DNA from: an uncultured Chthonomonadaceae bacterium
GTDB taxonomy: Bacteria; Armatimonadota; Chthonomonadetes; Chthonomonadales; Chthonomonadaceae
Length of the DNA stretch: 64,000 nt
Direction of reading: 5' to 3'
NCBI GenBank assembly: GCA_963817895.1
Contig: CAWFQB010000003.1
Span: 96,001 to 160,000 of the forward strand
Made by a program: the position numbers and the translations under genes. The notes under the pieces are model-generated. The model was given only the letters and a program-made list of their open reading frames with translations, was not told the DNA's origin and made no database searches. Every line of letters starts with the position of its first letter. Position 1 is the first letter of the stretch. Below, one piece after another: positions 9,759 to 19,818 of the stretch.

Positions 9759-11030
9759 ATGTTCCGTCGCGCTTTTTTAGCATTGCTCTGCTATTTCTGG
9801 CTGTCTTGCGGTTTCGTTTCTGCGCAAACGGACGGCTACCGGCAGGCGATGGCGCAATTCGAGGCTGCCAAACGCATCGGCGATTACGTCGGGGGCGAAC
9901 AGCGTATTTCAGAAGCGCTCAAATACGGGCATGGAGATGAGTACGCCTGGCGATCCCTGGCGTGGTGCCAATCCCATCAGGGCAAGTGGCAGGAGTCGCT
10001 TGCTACCGCCAATGAAAATGTTCGGCGCAATGGACAGACCGCCTGGAGTTTACTTCAACTCTACGAGTTCAACATGGGCGCGGGAGATTTTCGCGTTGCG
10101 GGGCAGGCGTTGGAGGCGGCGGGCAATCTGCGGGACTGGCAGGGGATTGACCTGCGCAAAACTTACGAGCAGTACCTTGCTCGCATATCTTCCAAAACGT
10201 ATGACGTTGAAATCGAACTCGCGCCTGCCGGACACCACGAGCATGGCAATGTCCGTTTTCTGATTCCCATGAACTGCGAACGACAGCAGTTTGTTGCCCG
10301 CGTGGTTCAGGGCGCAGACAATCCAAAATTTACCTCCAATGAGGGCAAAGAGTTTTTGGAGGCGACGCTGATTGAAGGACAAAGAGCCACTCTGAAGGGC
10401 AAACTGACGCTCAAACCCTATCTGGTCGGCTCGAAGATGCTGGCGGCGTCAAGCCCCGAAGACGCCGCCACCATGCAGGCTTACCTGGGCAAATTTCGGC
10501 ACGGCGGGCGGAACACCTACGATCCACAACTGCCGGAGCTTCAGGAAATCTCTTCGCGTCTGGACGGCGGCACCGCGCTGCAACGCGCGTCGGCCATACT
10601 CCTGTGGCTACGCAAGAATTTCCGCTATGAAGACCTGAAAGTGGATGACCTGCCCTCCATCATCGCCGCGCATCATGGCGTATGCCACCACTATTGCGGT
10701 TTATTTTGCGCGCTGGCGCGATCTCTGCAAATTCCCACCCGAATCCTGCATGTCACCGTGATGCCTGACATTGCGCTTAACGAAACCGCCACCATCAACA
10801 AGCCGGGAACGCCTACAAAGGCGCACGGGCAGAATGAAGTCTGGCTCGGCTCCATCGGCTGGATTCCCCTCGAACCGCAGCGCCCGGAAAGTCTGGGCAA
10901 CTATATCAATTCCGTAATGCTGTTCGACCGCGCGGGCAACGGAACAAACGACGACCACTGGCGGTTTCGCTCGACGCAGGGTTGCCCTATGACCATCCGG
11001 CTTGTCAACACCGCGCCTGGTATCAATTAG
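9759..11030 (+). CDS. Exported TPR + transglutaminase-like (cysteine protease fold) protein
   Basis: Signal peptide; helical N-domain; GVCHHYCGLFCALARSLQIPTR and HGQNEVWLGSIGWIPLEP. Confidence 0.85.
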   Translation: MFRRAFLALLCYFWLSCGFVSAQTDGYRQAMAQFEAAKRIGDYVGGEQRISEALKYGHGDEYAWRSLAWCQSHQGKWQESLATANENVRRNGQTAWSLLQLYEFNMGAGDFRVAGQALEAAGNLRDWQGIDLRKTYEQYLARISSKTYDVEIELAPAGHHEHGNVRFLIPMNCERQQFVARVVQGADNPKFTSNEGKEFLEATLIEGQRATLKGKLTLKPYLVGSKMLAASSPEDAATMQAYLGKFRHGGRNTYDPQLPELQEISSRLDGGTALQRASAILLWLRKNFRYEDLKVDDLPSIIAAHHGVCHHYCGLFCALARSLQIPTRILHVTVMPDIALNETATINKPGTPTKAHGQNEVWLGSIGWIPLEPQRPESLGNYINSVMLFDRAGNGTNDDHWRFRSTQGCPMTIRLVNTAPGIN

Positions 11031-11211
11031 CATGACATAAAGCCGGAAACAGGAGCGGAACCGCACTACAGGCACTTGTAGCTCTTTGTAATTATTATAT
11101 TTCGTGATTGAATTAATAATTGAAAATTACACTTGCCAATAACCCTGAAATCAGATATGTGTTCCGTTTGCGGTCGTATGAGCTTACAAAACAAAGGAGG
11201 CGAATCACGCG

Positions 11212-12231
11212 ATGGTTATTCGATTTTACAAGATTATGTTCGTTGCCGTTGGCATGACTTGCTGTTTGATTGGCAGCATGGCTGTCGGCATACATGCCTG
11301 CAACGGCAGCGCGATGGCTCAGAACAGTCAAACGACTCCCCCGGATCCGGGCGTTTCTCTGTCTAACTATCCCAGACTGGTGGCCGCTTACATGTGCATG
11401 GAACGAGGGTATGCCACGAAGAACCCCGCGCAGGTGGCTGCGGTGTGGTCGCCGCTGTACAAACACGTTGATACCGAAGGCGGCAAAACGACAACTGTGT
11501 CGTATGCCAAAGCCCTCGTGGAACTCAAACACTCCTTCCCGGGCAATCGCACCGAAGCCGGATATTACTCGCCGACGCAGTATTTCCTGCCGCAAAGCGT
11601 TCGCGTCGGCTCGGATGGGACCCGTGTTACCGTCATAGGTATCACCTACGGCATTACGCCGAATACGCCACAGGGCGACCCACACTGCAAGGAGGGGAAC
11701 AGCTGCGGCTCACGCTCCTTTACGCACGTCTGGAGCAAGCCAAAAAACGGCGGCGCGTGGCTGTTGCTGACGGATGCGCGTGGAGCGTACAGCGAGGCGG
11801 CAGACCAGGCCATCGAAATGTTCGTGGGCCAGGCCGTGCAATACCATCAGCGCGCCGGCCTGGTTGGACGGGCGCGACCGGAAGACAGCGGCCCAGGTGG
11901 GAGTAATACCGCGCAAAAACGCGCCGCCAACGAAGCGGCGTGTCAGGCCGCGTACAAAGGCGAATTGGAGCTGCTGCAAAAACTGGTGGATGGGGACACG
12001 GACATTAAAGGAAAAGACAAAACGGGCAAATCCCCGCTGCACTACGCGGCAATGGGTGGCCGTCTGGAAGTTGCTCGGTGGCTGATCGCTAACGGCGCGG
12101 ACATCAATGCTCCCGATGCCAAAGGCCACAAGCCTATGCAGTTGGCGCGGCAGGATACGCCGGACGCCGCGCTTTCCCAACGCCGCTCCGAACTCATCTC
12201 TTTTCTGACAGAAAAGGGCGCGGCGGAGTAA
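11212..12231 (+). CDS. Exported protein, unknown N-domain plus C-terminal ankyrin repeats
   Basis: AAGGAGG SD; hydrophobic N terminus; GKSPLHYAAMGGRLEVARWLIANGADIN. Confidence 0.82.
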   Translation: MVIRFYKIMFVAVGMTCCLIGSMAVGIHACNGSAMAQNSQTTPPDPGVSLSNYPRLVAAYMCMERGYATKNPAQVAAVWSPLYKHVDTEGGKTTTVSYAKALVELKHSFPGNRTEAGYYSPTQYFLPQSVRVGSDGTRVTVIGITYGITPNTPQGDPHCKEGNSCGSRSFTHVWSKPKNGGAWLLLTDARGAYSEAADQAIEMFVGQAVQYHQRAGLVGRARPEDSGPGGSNTAQKRAANEAACQAAYKGELELLQKLVDGDTDIKGKDKTGKSPLHYAAMGGRLEVARWLIANGADINAPDAKGHKPMQLARQDTPDAALSQRRSELISFLTEKGAAE

Positions 12232-12265
12232 ACACGGTCAGCGGAATGCGCTTGAGAGAAGGGAC

Positions 12266-13468
12266 ATGTACATGAACGATCGCTATGCGCGTCGTGAGGC
12301 CATCGGCCTTACCATAAAGGCCGCAGGAAGCCTGGCGGGATCACTGACACTTCTGGCGGCAATGGGCAGGGCGCAGGCGGGCAGTCCCCGCGGTATGCCT
12401 CCCTCCGCGCTTGCTGTGGAAGACGCGGCGAACCGTTTCCGTCAAGTACGCACACTGGATGCTTTCATGACGTGGACCGAACGATTGCGTGAATGGGGGG
12501 ACATCGAGCAGGTACGCGTCAATCTGAAACAGCTGGAACCCTCTCGCGCTGAGTGGGGCAGTCACCGTCCACGGATTGAGGCACTGGGGCGCGAAGTATG
12601 TTATCAGGAATACAGAGCGGCATGGACGATTCCGGCCTCGCGCCTGGCGGACCCGATGTGGCGCGACCCGCTCGTTATCAGTCTGCCCATTCCCAGACAG
12701 AGTTATGAAGGTATACCAAAAACGGACGTTTCTATTGACGGCGTTAAATCTTGGAGCTTCAAGACAGATGCCGTCGGCAATCGCTATATTGAGGCGGTTC
12801 GCCATCCCCGGCAGGATGTGCAGTTATCCTATACCGTTACTCTGGGCCTGGCAAACTATCGCAAGCGACTGCAAAATTTCATGGATACGCCGGTTCCGGC
12901 GGAGATGAGTGTTTATCTGGAAAAGACATGGTCACAGAACCGACGCGAAAGTATCGATCCGGGCGGGAAACGCGCGCAGGAGGCCGCGAGTTCGCTCAGA
13001 CTGCAAAACATGAATTTGCTGGAACGCCTGGAAACGATTTTGAAATGGGCAAAAGATAATGTGAAATGGCTGCCCCCCGGGTCGGAACGCGCGCCCATCG
13101 ATTCGGAGTCCGCGCTCGGATATGGAGGCGGGCATTGTATGCATCAGACATGTATGATTGCCGCAGTGGCGCGCGCGGCGGGTATTCCGACACGGCAGGT
13201 GCGCGGCAACGCAAGCGTCGTTGTCGGCAGCAAATATCCGCTATGGCACTCCACCCCGGAGTTTTATCTGCCGGGCATAGAATGGATTACTCCTTACTGG
13301 GCAAATGAGAGGCATTGGGATACACTACATGGCTGCGTCTGGATGTTTCATACCGCCGGCACGAACGACGCGATTCTGGGGAATCTACAGTTTTTGGAAG
13401 CCGTAGAGTATAACCCCGCGCCGCGTATCGCTATAAGCAGCCTCACACTGCTAAGAGAGTGGCTGTAG
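12266..13468 (+). CDS. Transglutaminase-like protein with possible Tat signal
   Basis: ARREAI + hydrophobic stretch + AQA; GGHCMHQTCMIAAVARAAGIPTR and WHSTPEFYLPGIEW. Confidence 0.8.
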   Translation: MYMNDRYARREAIGLTIKAAGSLAGSLTLLAAMGRAQAGSPRGMPPSALAVEDAANRFRQVRTLDAFMTWTERLREWGDIEQVRVNLKQLEPSRAEWGSHRPRIEALGREVCYQEYRAAWTIPASRLADPMWRDPLVISLPIPRQSYEGIPKTDVSIDGVKSWSFKTDAVGNRYIEAVRHPRQDVQLSYTVTLGLANYRKRLQNFMDTPVPAEMSVYLEKTWSQNRRESIDPGGKRAQEAASSLRLQNMNLLERLETILKWAKDNVKWLPPGSERAPIDSESALGYGGGHCMHQTCMIAAVARAAGIPTRQVRGNASVVVGSKYPLWHSTPEFYLPGIEWITPYWANERHWDTLHGCVWMFHTAGTNDAILGNLQFLEAVEYNPAPRIAISSLTLLREWL

Positions 13469-13594
13469 AAGCAAGAAGCAGTGCCAGGTACATCGAAATG
13501 ATACAGGGACAGGCTGTAAACTGCCGCCTCCCTTTGCAAGATAGCGAAGCAGTTATTTCAGCCGATCTCGGAAATGCAAAGAAAAGGAAACGCT

Positions 13595-14854
13595 ATGCGC
13601 TGTTACAAACTTGTACTCTCGCTTTTGCTGGCCTTGCTTCCGGGCGCGATCTGTTCCCGCGCCTGCGCAGAGGGGATAGACGACTACGCCCCGCCACTGC
13701 ATACGCTTGCTCGCGCCGCGTTCGATGGAAATTTGTCTCTGGTCAAAAAGATGCTGGCGCAAAATCCCGCACTGCTGAACAAGCCCGTTAATTTGTGTTC
13801 ACCTATCAGCTTTGCCGCATGGCATGGCAAGGTAGAGGTGGCGCGCTATCTGCTGGAAAAGGGGGCGAAACTGACGGCAGAAGACCCCGACAAGGCTCCG
13901 CTTTCCAAAGCGGCGGCTGCGCAGAATATCGAAATTATTGACATGCTTCTCGCAAAAGGCGCGGATCCCAAATTTGGATGTCCTCTGTACTGGGCCTCCA
14001 ACAATCCGGCTGTGTTTCGCCACCTGGTGGAAAAAGGCGCTGACATTCATGCGCTCGGCATCAATAAGGAATCTCTTCTATGGGACACGGTGGCTGAACT
14101 GAATATGGACAACACTCGCTTCCTGCTGGAACATGGCATGGATGTCAATAAAGGTCAATTTGGCTGTCCGCCTTTGAATAACATTGCCCGCTTCACTTTT
14201 GAGGATACGCCGACCGAGAAAGTTCTTAACATGGCGCGGTTCCTGTTGGGCAAAGGGGCCGATCCTAATCTCGCAGATGAATCGTGGCACCGCAGCGCGC
14301 TTTCCGAAGCGGTCATTGAGAAGTTCCCGGCTATGGCGCGGCTTTTGCTGACCTATGAAAGCCCTGTGCGTTGCTCCAAAGCAACTATCAACGCCGCCCG
14401 CAAAGACCTGCATTTCGCCGCTTCCAAAACTGACAAACTGACGAAGAAAGATGTGGCCGCGCTACAGGAAATCGCAGAATTGCTTCACGAACCGCTGACC
14501 GACCTGCCTGTCTCGGAACAAGCGCGGGCCGTACCCGCCACGCCTTTGCCTGCCGACCCGCTGTTTGCGGCCGCCTGTAACGGGGATACGAAAGTCTTGC
14601 AGAGACTCGTGAAGGGCGGCAAGAGCCTGAAAGCCAAAGATAAGGACGGCAGAACGCCGCTGCACTTCGCCGCGCTTGGTGGCAGGCTGGAAGTGGCGAA
14701 GTGGCTGCTTTCGCAGGGCGCGGAATTGAACGCCCGTGATACTAAAGGAGCTACCCCGCTCGCCCTTGCGCGGCAGGACACGGAAGACGCCAAACTTGCC
14801 GCGCGCCGCGCCGAACTTATCTCCTTCCTGTCGGAAAAGGGCGCTGTAGAATAA
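13595..14854 (+). CDS. Exported ankyrin-repeat protein
   Basis: Signal peptide; multiple ankyrin repeats (LLEKGA, LLAKGADP, GRTPLHFAALGG). Confidence 0.9.
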   Translation: MRCYKLVLSLLLALLPGAICSRACAEGIDDYAPPLHTLARAAFDGNLSLVKKMLAQNPALLNKPVNLCSPISFAAWHGKVEVARYLLEKGAKLTAEDPDKAPLSKAAAAQNIEIIDMLLAKGADPKFGCPLYWASNNPAVFRHLVEKGADIHALGINKESLLWDTVAELNMDNTRFLLEHGMDVNKGQFGCPPLNNIARFTFEDTPTEKVLNMARFLLGKGADPNLADESWHRSALSEAVIEKFPAMARLLLTYESPVRCSKATINAARKDLHFAASKTDKLTKKDVAALQEIAELLHEPLTDLPVSEQARAVPATPLPADPLFAAACNGDTKVLQRLVKGGKSLKAKDKDGRTPLHFAALGGRLEVAKWLLSQGAELNARDTKGATPLALARQDTEDAKLAARRAELISFLSEKGAVE

Positions 14855-14957
14855 CTGAATTGGTTGACGAAAACGTGGGGTTATACGGATACGCCGCCTA
14901 CCGGAAAACATATACTCGCCAGTAAACTCTGCAAGCAGACTGAAAGGTAAAAGGAAG

Positions 14958-16179
14958 ATGATACGTTCCCTGTACGCCGGATGGTTAGCTCTGGCGCTCT
15001 GCGCGCTTGCAATGCCTGTGGCGCAAGCGCAAACGCTTTACTCCATTGACACTCTGGGACTTTTTCCCGGCGGGTATTTACCTTCGGCTCTCTCCCTGAA
15101 CGCGAATGGACAGATTACCGGTCAAATTTTCGCGAGCAGCGGCCACTATCAGGCCATGCGCGTCGCGCCGAACGCCTCCCTTGCCAATGCTGCCGCTCTC
15201 GGCGTACTGCCCGGTTACACGCGCAGTTTCGGAGCGAGCATTAATGCCGCCGGACAGGTTGCCGGATTTAGCGAAACCAGCGATATTCAAGGACCGGGAG
15301 ACCAGATACGCGCTTTTCGAACCAGCGCCACAGGACTGGTCAGCGATGCAGGAACGGATTTAGGCGTTCTTCTCGGCTATACAAGCAGCCATGCGTGGAG
15401 CATCAATGCCAGTGGGCAGGTCACCGGCGACTCAAGCAAGTACGACCCGGTCGCGAACAACTATCCCACTCACGCTTTTCGCGCCTCTGCCACCGGCTTG
15501 ATCAGCGATCCCGGAACCGATCTGGGAGATTCAGGAGGAGGATTTAGTCATGGGCAATCTATCAACGCCAGCGGGCAGGTAACCGGATACAGCCTGACCG
15601 GAACTGGCGATGCCCATGCCTTCCGCACTTCTGCCACAGGGTTGATCAGCGATCTCGGAACCGATCTGGGCACGCCTGCGGGAGCCGGGGATAGCTTCGG
15701 CACAAGCATCAATGACAGCGGGCAGGTCGCGGGCTACAGCGTGGACAATAATGGAAGTGGTTACGCCCGCGCTTTCCGGGTTTCTGCCACAGGGCTGATT
15801 AGCGATCCGGGCGCGGATTTCGGGGACGTTAGGAGGCAATGAGAGTATTGCCAATGCCATCAATAATGCAGGGTATGTTGTCGGCACGGCAAGTCTGGCA
15901 GACGGCAATTATGATGCCTTTCTCTATACGGACAGGATACTGGATTTGAACACGCTGCTTTCGAGCAGCGACCAGTTGCAATGGTCATTGTACGAGGCAT
16001 TCGCTATCAATGACAGGGGCCAGATTCTCGTAGACGCCACTTTTTTGGACGGAAACGACTACGCGATCCTCCTGACGCCAATGGCGACCCCGGAACCAGG
16101 CGCGATGGCTCTGTTCCTGGCAATGGCGTGCTGTGGAGGCCGTTTGCTCGCGCGTCGCCGTAAGCAGGCGTATAAATAA
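14958..16179 (+). CDS. HAF-repeat PEP-CTERM surface protein (one frameshift near 15824)
   Basis: Repeated INAxGQVxG / HAFRxSATGLISDxGTDLG units; removing one G from GGGG restores DFGTLGGNESIA through to TPEPG-TM-RRRK. Confidence 0.85.
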
Positions 16180-16191
16180 AGGAGGGACGCG

Positions 16192-18642
16192 ATGTTTCGT
16201 TGGTGGGTATGCTGTTTGATAGCGCTGTTTATCTTTCCCCTGTCTGTGAGGGCGGACAGTGACTGGCTGACGCAGGAACTGGTCTTTGCGGATTTCGAGT
16301 CCGGAACCTATCAGGGCTGGAAATTGGAGGGCAACTGCTGGGGCAAAGGCCCGGTAGACGCCTCCTTTCTCCCCGGCTATATCGCTGGATGGAAGGGGCG
16401 AAGGTATCTCTGCACCTCTCAGCCTAATGGATTGGCGACGGGCAAAGCCACATCCACCTCCTTCTTTATTCCTCGCCGCTATCTCTCGTTTTACATCGGC
16501 GGCGGCAATCACCCCACGACGTGTTACATGCAGTTGGTCGTGAACGGCAAGGCCGTTCGGACCGCAACCGGAAACAACAAGAGCGTTCTGGAACCAAAGC
16601 GCTGGAACGTCCAGGATTTGATCGGGCAGGAGGCGCATATCGAGATCGTGGATGATGACCGGCGATCCAATGGCTATCTTCTTGTGGATCATATTGCCTT
16701 CACGGATGGCGATGATAGCCCGCTTTCCGACCGGAAAATGGCGGCGGATGTCAGGGAATGGCTTTCGAGCCTGAACCAATCTTCCCCCGCCACCCCGAAC
16801 AACGCGCAGACCCGCGTATGGAAAATGCTCGTTCTCTTTTATCCCAAAACGGACACCGACTACTACACGCTCAAAAAGGAGAAAAAGCGCTTTTCCGGCA
16901 CCCTGACGCCATACCAGATCAATCTTGCGCTGAACGGGTTGCGCAAATTGCCGGGTATCCTGAACGCCGTGTCCAACGGGTATTGCAGGCTTGATCTGGA
17001 TGTCAAAGTAGTTGACCGCGCGGTGACATTCTCAAACAACTCCAATTACATTGCCACCGGCAAAAACCGTCTCACGCATCAGACGCCGGTCGAGCCGGAT
17101 ACGAAACCTGAAGTCTTGCTGTACAACACCCCGCCGATATATGACGCGCAGTGCATACTTTACAATCCTGGACCTGTTCCGCAGGACTTGGCCGGGTATG
17201 GCGGTGGCGGCCCCAGGGGGATTGATGAAACCATTACCTACGGCTCAGATAGAGACTGGGACCCTCGCAGCGCCATTAGCAGACAATTGAGCGTGTTCGT
17301 TCATGAGATGTCGCATGGCTTCGACGGCTTCTTTGGCTCCAAAGGCTACCAGTTCGAGCCGCTGCACCATCTCACGATTCCGCGCTACGCCGATCTGGGA
17401 CTCAGGGACACGAATTTGTTTGTCGCCCTCCATCGTGGCCTGCTCGTTCACAATGGCGATGCGCGTTATGGGTACTCCCCGGCGGCATGGCTCAGTGGAA
17501 CCCCGCGTTCGCCCGTTGCGCTGCCTCCCTGCCAGCTCCTGTCTCCACTACCGGAATCGGTTCTGCCCTCCTCCGATGTGGAGGTATCCTGGTCCCCATC
17601 CCCCGCCCCGGACGGTTATGAGGCGCATTTCTGCCGCGCGGATAATCCCGGCGTATCTCTGCTGACGATTCCCTCCCGCCGAACCCGCCTCCGACTGACA
17701 GCAGGCCAACTCCCGTCCGGCAACTATATCTGGTACGTACAGGCATGCAGGAAAAAAGAGCGCAGCCTCGTTGCCGACCAATTCTCCTTGAAAATTGCAG
17801 AACCCGCCACGATGGGGCCGATTGTTGTGGGCCAGCCGCGCCTTTCTGCTTTCGAGGTGGCGGGGAACGGGCAGATGGCGCGTGTCCGCGCGTCTGTTAC
17901 AAGCCCCGCGGGCGTGACCGGCGTGGAAGTGGAATACACGCATGCGGACGGACACAGGCAACGGCTTCTCCTGAAGCGGCGGTCGTTTTATCAGGGAGAT
18001 ACCGTCTGGATAGGGGCGATCTGGCTGCCCGAAAATCGGGGGGACGCGCGTTATGTCAGTTTCGTTCGCATTGTCGCGACCGATCATGCGGGACGGGAGG
18101 GCGTTTCCGAGCCGAATTATATTGCGGTAGCGCCTGCGGCGAAAGCGGCGCCAGCATCCGGGGCGGAGCGCACGACCGCAAACTCTCCCTCCCGGGTGAT
18201 GACTCCCATTCCCCTGCGTTCCCCGGACGCGACCGGAATCACGACTCTCATGGCATTCCCCGCCATGTCTCTCGGCTCCGACACGGATGGCAAAATATGG
18301 GCGGAAATCACAGGCGAAGACGGCAATACGGACTACGCGCCCCTGTTGCTCAAAGATGGGGAGGCGGATGACTGGCGAGGTCCCAGCCGCCGCGTCAAGA
18401 GAGGCCGCTTACCGTTTTTCGGCTTTGAGTGGATCGAAATGGAGCGTCGTTTACGCGGGGCGGGACGCCGCCGGCAATATCTATCGCTCCGATCCTCTGA
18501 CAGTATCTACGCCCTTGCTTTCCGGAAAATAATTTTCAAGCCTCTCTCCCCAGAAGCCCGGAGTAAGGGGAGCCACCTGTTTTCATGCTCACAGGCGAAC
18601 AGAGTTCATCAGGGCTATCCTGAAATGCTTTCGTTCAAGTAA
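16192..18642 (+). CDS. Exported multidomain protein: carbohydrate-binding-like N-domain, HEXXH zincin, Fn3/Ig-like domains
   Basis: Signal peptide; FADFE...SFYIGGG...RTATG...IEIVDD domain like that found on GH32-type enzymes; VHEMSHGF; VSW...YIWYVQA. Confidence 0.7.
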   Translation: MFRWWVCCLIALFIFPLSVRADSDWLTQELVFADFESGTYQGWKLEGNCWGKGPVDASFLPGYIAGWKGRRYLCTSQPNGLATGKATSTSFFIPRRYLSFYIGGGNHPTTCYMQLVVNGKAVRTATGNNKSVLEPKRWNVQDLIGQEAHIEIVDDDRRSNGYLLVDHIAFTDGDDSPLSDRKMAADVREWLSSLNQSSPATPNNAQTRVWKMLVLFYPKTDTDYYTLKKEKKRFSGTLTPYQINLALNGLRKLPGILNAVSNGYCRLDLDVKVVDRAVTFSNNSNYIATGKNRLTHQTPVEPDTKPEVLLYNTPPIYDAQCILYNPGPVPQDLAGYGGGGPRGIDETITYGSDRDWDPRSAISRQLSVFVHEMSHGFDGFFGSKGYQFEPLHHLTIPRYADLGLRDTNLFVALHRGLLVHNGDARYGYSPAAWLSGTPRSPVALPPCQLLSPLPESVLPSSDVEVSWSPSPAPDGYEAHFCRADNPGVSLLTIPSRRTRLRLTAGQLPSGNYIWYVQACRKKERSLVADQFSLKIAEPATMGPIVVGQPRLSAFEVAGNGQMARVRASVTSPAGVTGVEVEYTHADGHRQRLLLKRRSFYQGDTVWIGAIWLPENRGDARYVSFVRIVATDHAGREGVSEPNYIAVAPAAKAAPASGAERTTANSPSRVMTPIPLRSPDATGITTLMAFPAMSLGSDTDGKIWAEITGEDGNTDYAPLLLKDGEADDWRGPSRRVKRGRLPFFGFEWIEMERRLRGAGRRRQYLSLRSSDSIYALAFRKIIFKPLSPEARSKGSHLFSCSQANRVHQGYPEMLSFK

Positions 18643-18657
18643 GTCCGTCGCAAGGAA

Positions 18658-18812
18658 AAGATAACCGGCATTAACGCCTGCTTCAGCCAGAAACTTATCT
18701 GGCAGGAGGCCTTAAAATAGGTGGGACTCTCTGACACCGGCGTGACCGCAACAGAAAAAACTCTTCCACCGATAGCGACAAAAAGCGCGTCACAACTACG
18801 CTCACGGGCATT
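18658..18812 (+). pseudogene. Decayed paralog of the 9177-9734 gene
   Basis: KITGINACFSQKLIWQEALK*VGLSDTGVTA vs KIISVSAYFTHELTWQEALKKVGLSDKGVTA; in-frame TAG at 18718. Confidence 0.8.
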
Positions 18813-18865
18813 ACGTTAGCGCGCGGACTTCAACGTGACGTTCGACCCGGAAAGGATTCTCCGCC

Positions 18866-19762
18866 ATGCGCTCTTTCAAATTCTGTGCCGTTGCAGTAAC
18901 GCTGCTTGTTTCCGGCGTTCCAGGACTTTGCTGCCTTCCCGCTAAAGCACCGGCTCAAAACAGCGCGGTTACAAAATCGTCTTCTTCCCCCTCTTCTGCG
19001 GAAGAAGAGGCGATGCAGGGATTCAAGCCGGGTACGCTGCACTACTACTGCGCCAAAGGCGATCTAAAGGGCGTAAAGGGCGAACTTGCGAAACACCCGA
19101 CAGAGATAAATCAGTCCGGCAGGGAATATGGCCCGTCACTGCACGTTGCCGCCGCTTTCGGACGCCTCAACGTGGTCAACTATCTTCTCAGCCAGAATGT
19201 GCCGGTAGATTCTAAAGATAGATACGGGCAAACCGCTTTGATGCTTGCCGCCGGTGGCCCCAATAAGGAACCCGCTCTTGATATGGTCAAGTTCCTTCTG
19301 AGCAAACATGCCGGCATCAAGAGCAAGCGGATCAATGGAGAAAATGCGCTGACCAACGCAGTCACCGCGAATAATCTGTCGGTCGCCAATTTTCTCTATG
19401 AACAGGGGTTGAAAGACCTGCCCAAAAACATTCTCCTCACTTGCCTGCAAACGAATACTGCTGAAGGCGATGAGAAGAAACTTCCTGTAGTGGGATGGCT
19501 TATCGCGAAAGGGGTCAATGTCAATGCCGCGCTTGAGCAAACAGGGGAAACCGCCCTGCATCTGTGTGTGATATCAGGGTATCCGGCCATCGCGCAACTC
19601 CTTATCGAAAAAGGAGCGAATGTCAGCACCAGAACTGTAGGGATGCAAACCTCTCTGAGTCTCTGTGCAGAACAACTCAGCATCGGCAATCAGGACAGGA
19701 AATTGCAATCGGACAGGCAAACAATTGCCGATGCGCTGCGAAAGGCGGGCGGCAAAGAATAG
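18866..19762 (+). CDS. Exported ankyrin-repeat protein
   Basis: Signal peptide; GQTALMLAA, GENALTNAV and GETALHLCV repeats. Confidence 0.9.
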   Translation: MRSFKFCAVAVTLLVSGVPGLCCLPAKAPAQNSAVTKSSSSPSSAEEEAMQGFKPGTLHYYCAKGDLKGVKGELAKHPTEINQSGREYGPSLHVAAAFGRLNVVNYLLSQNVPVDSKDRYGQTALMLAAGGPNKEPALDMVKFLLSKHAGIKSKRINGENALTNAVTANNLSVANFLYEQGLKDLPKNILLTCLQTNTAEGDEKKLPVVGWLIAKGVNVNAALEQTGETALHLCVISGYPAIAQLLIEKGANVSTRTVGMQTSLSLCAEQLSIGNQDRKLQSDRQTIADALRKAGGKE

Positions 19763-19818
19763 GGATCGCCTTATTTCATCCTATAGCCTCGCAGCCGATA
19801 CGCGACGCGCAGAGGGTG

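Noticed and set aside
15270..15815. Regularly spaced ~45-nt direct repeats resembling a CRISPR array
   Set aside because: They encode HAF protein repeats with synonymous variation, the spacers are too long, and no cas genes are present
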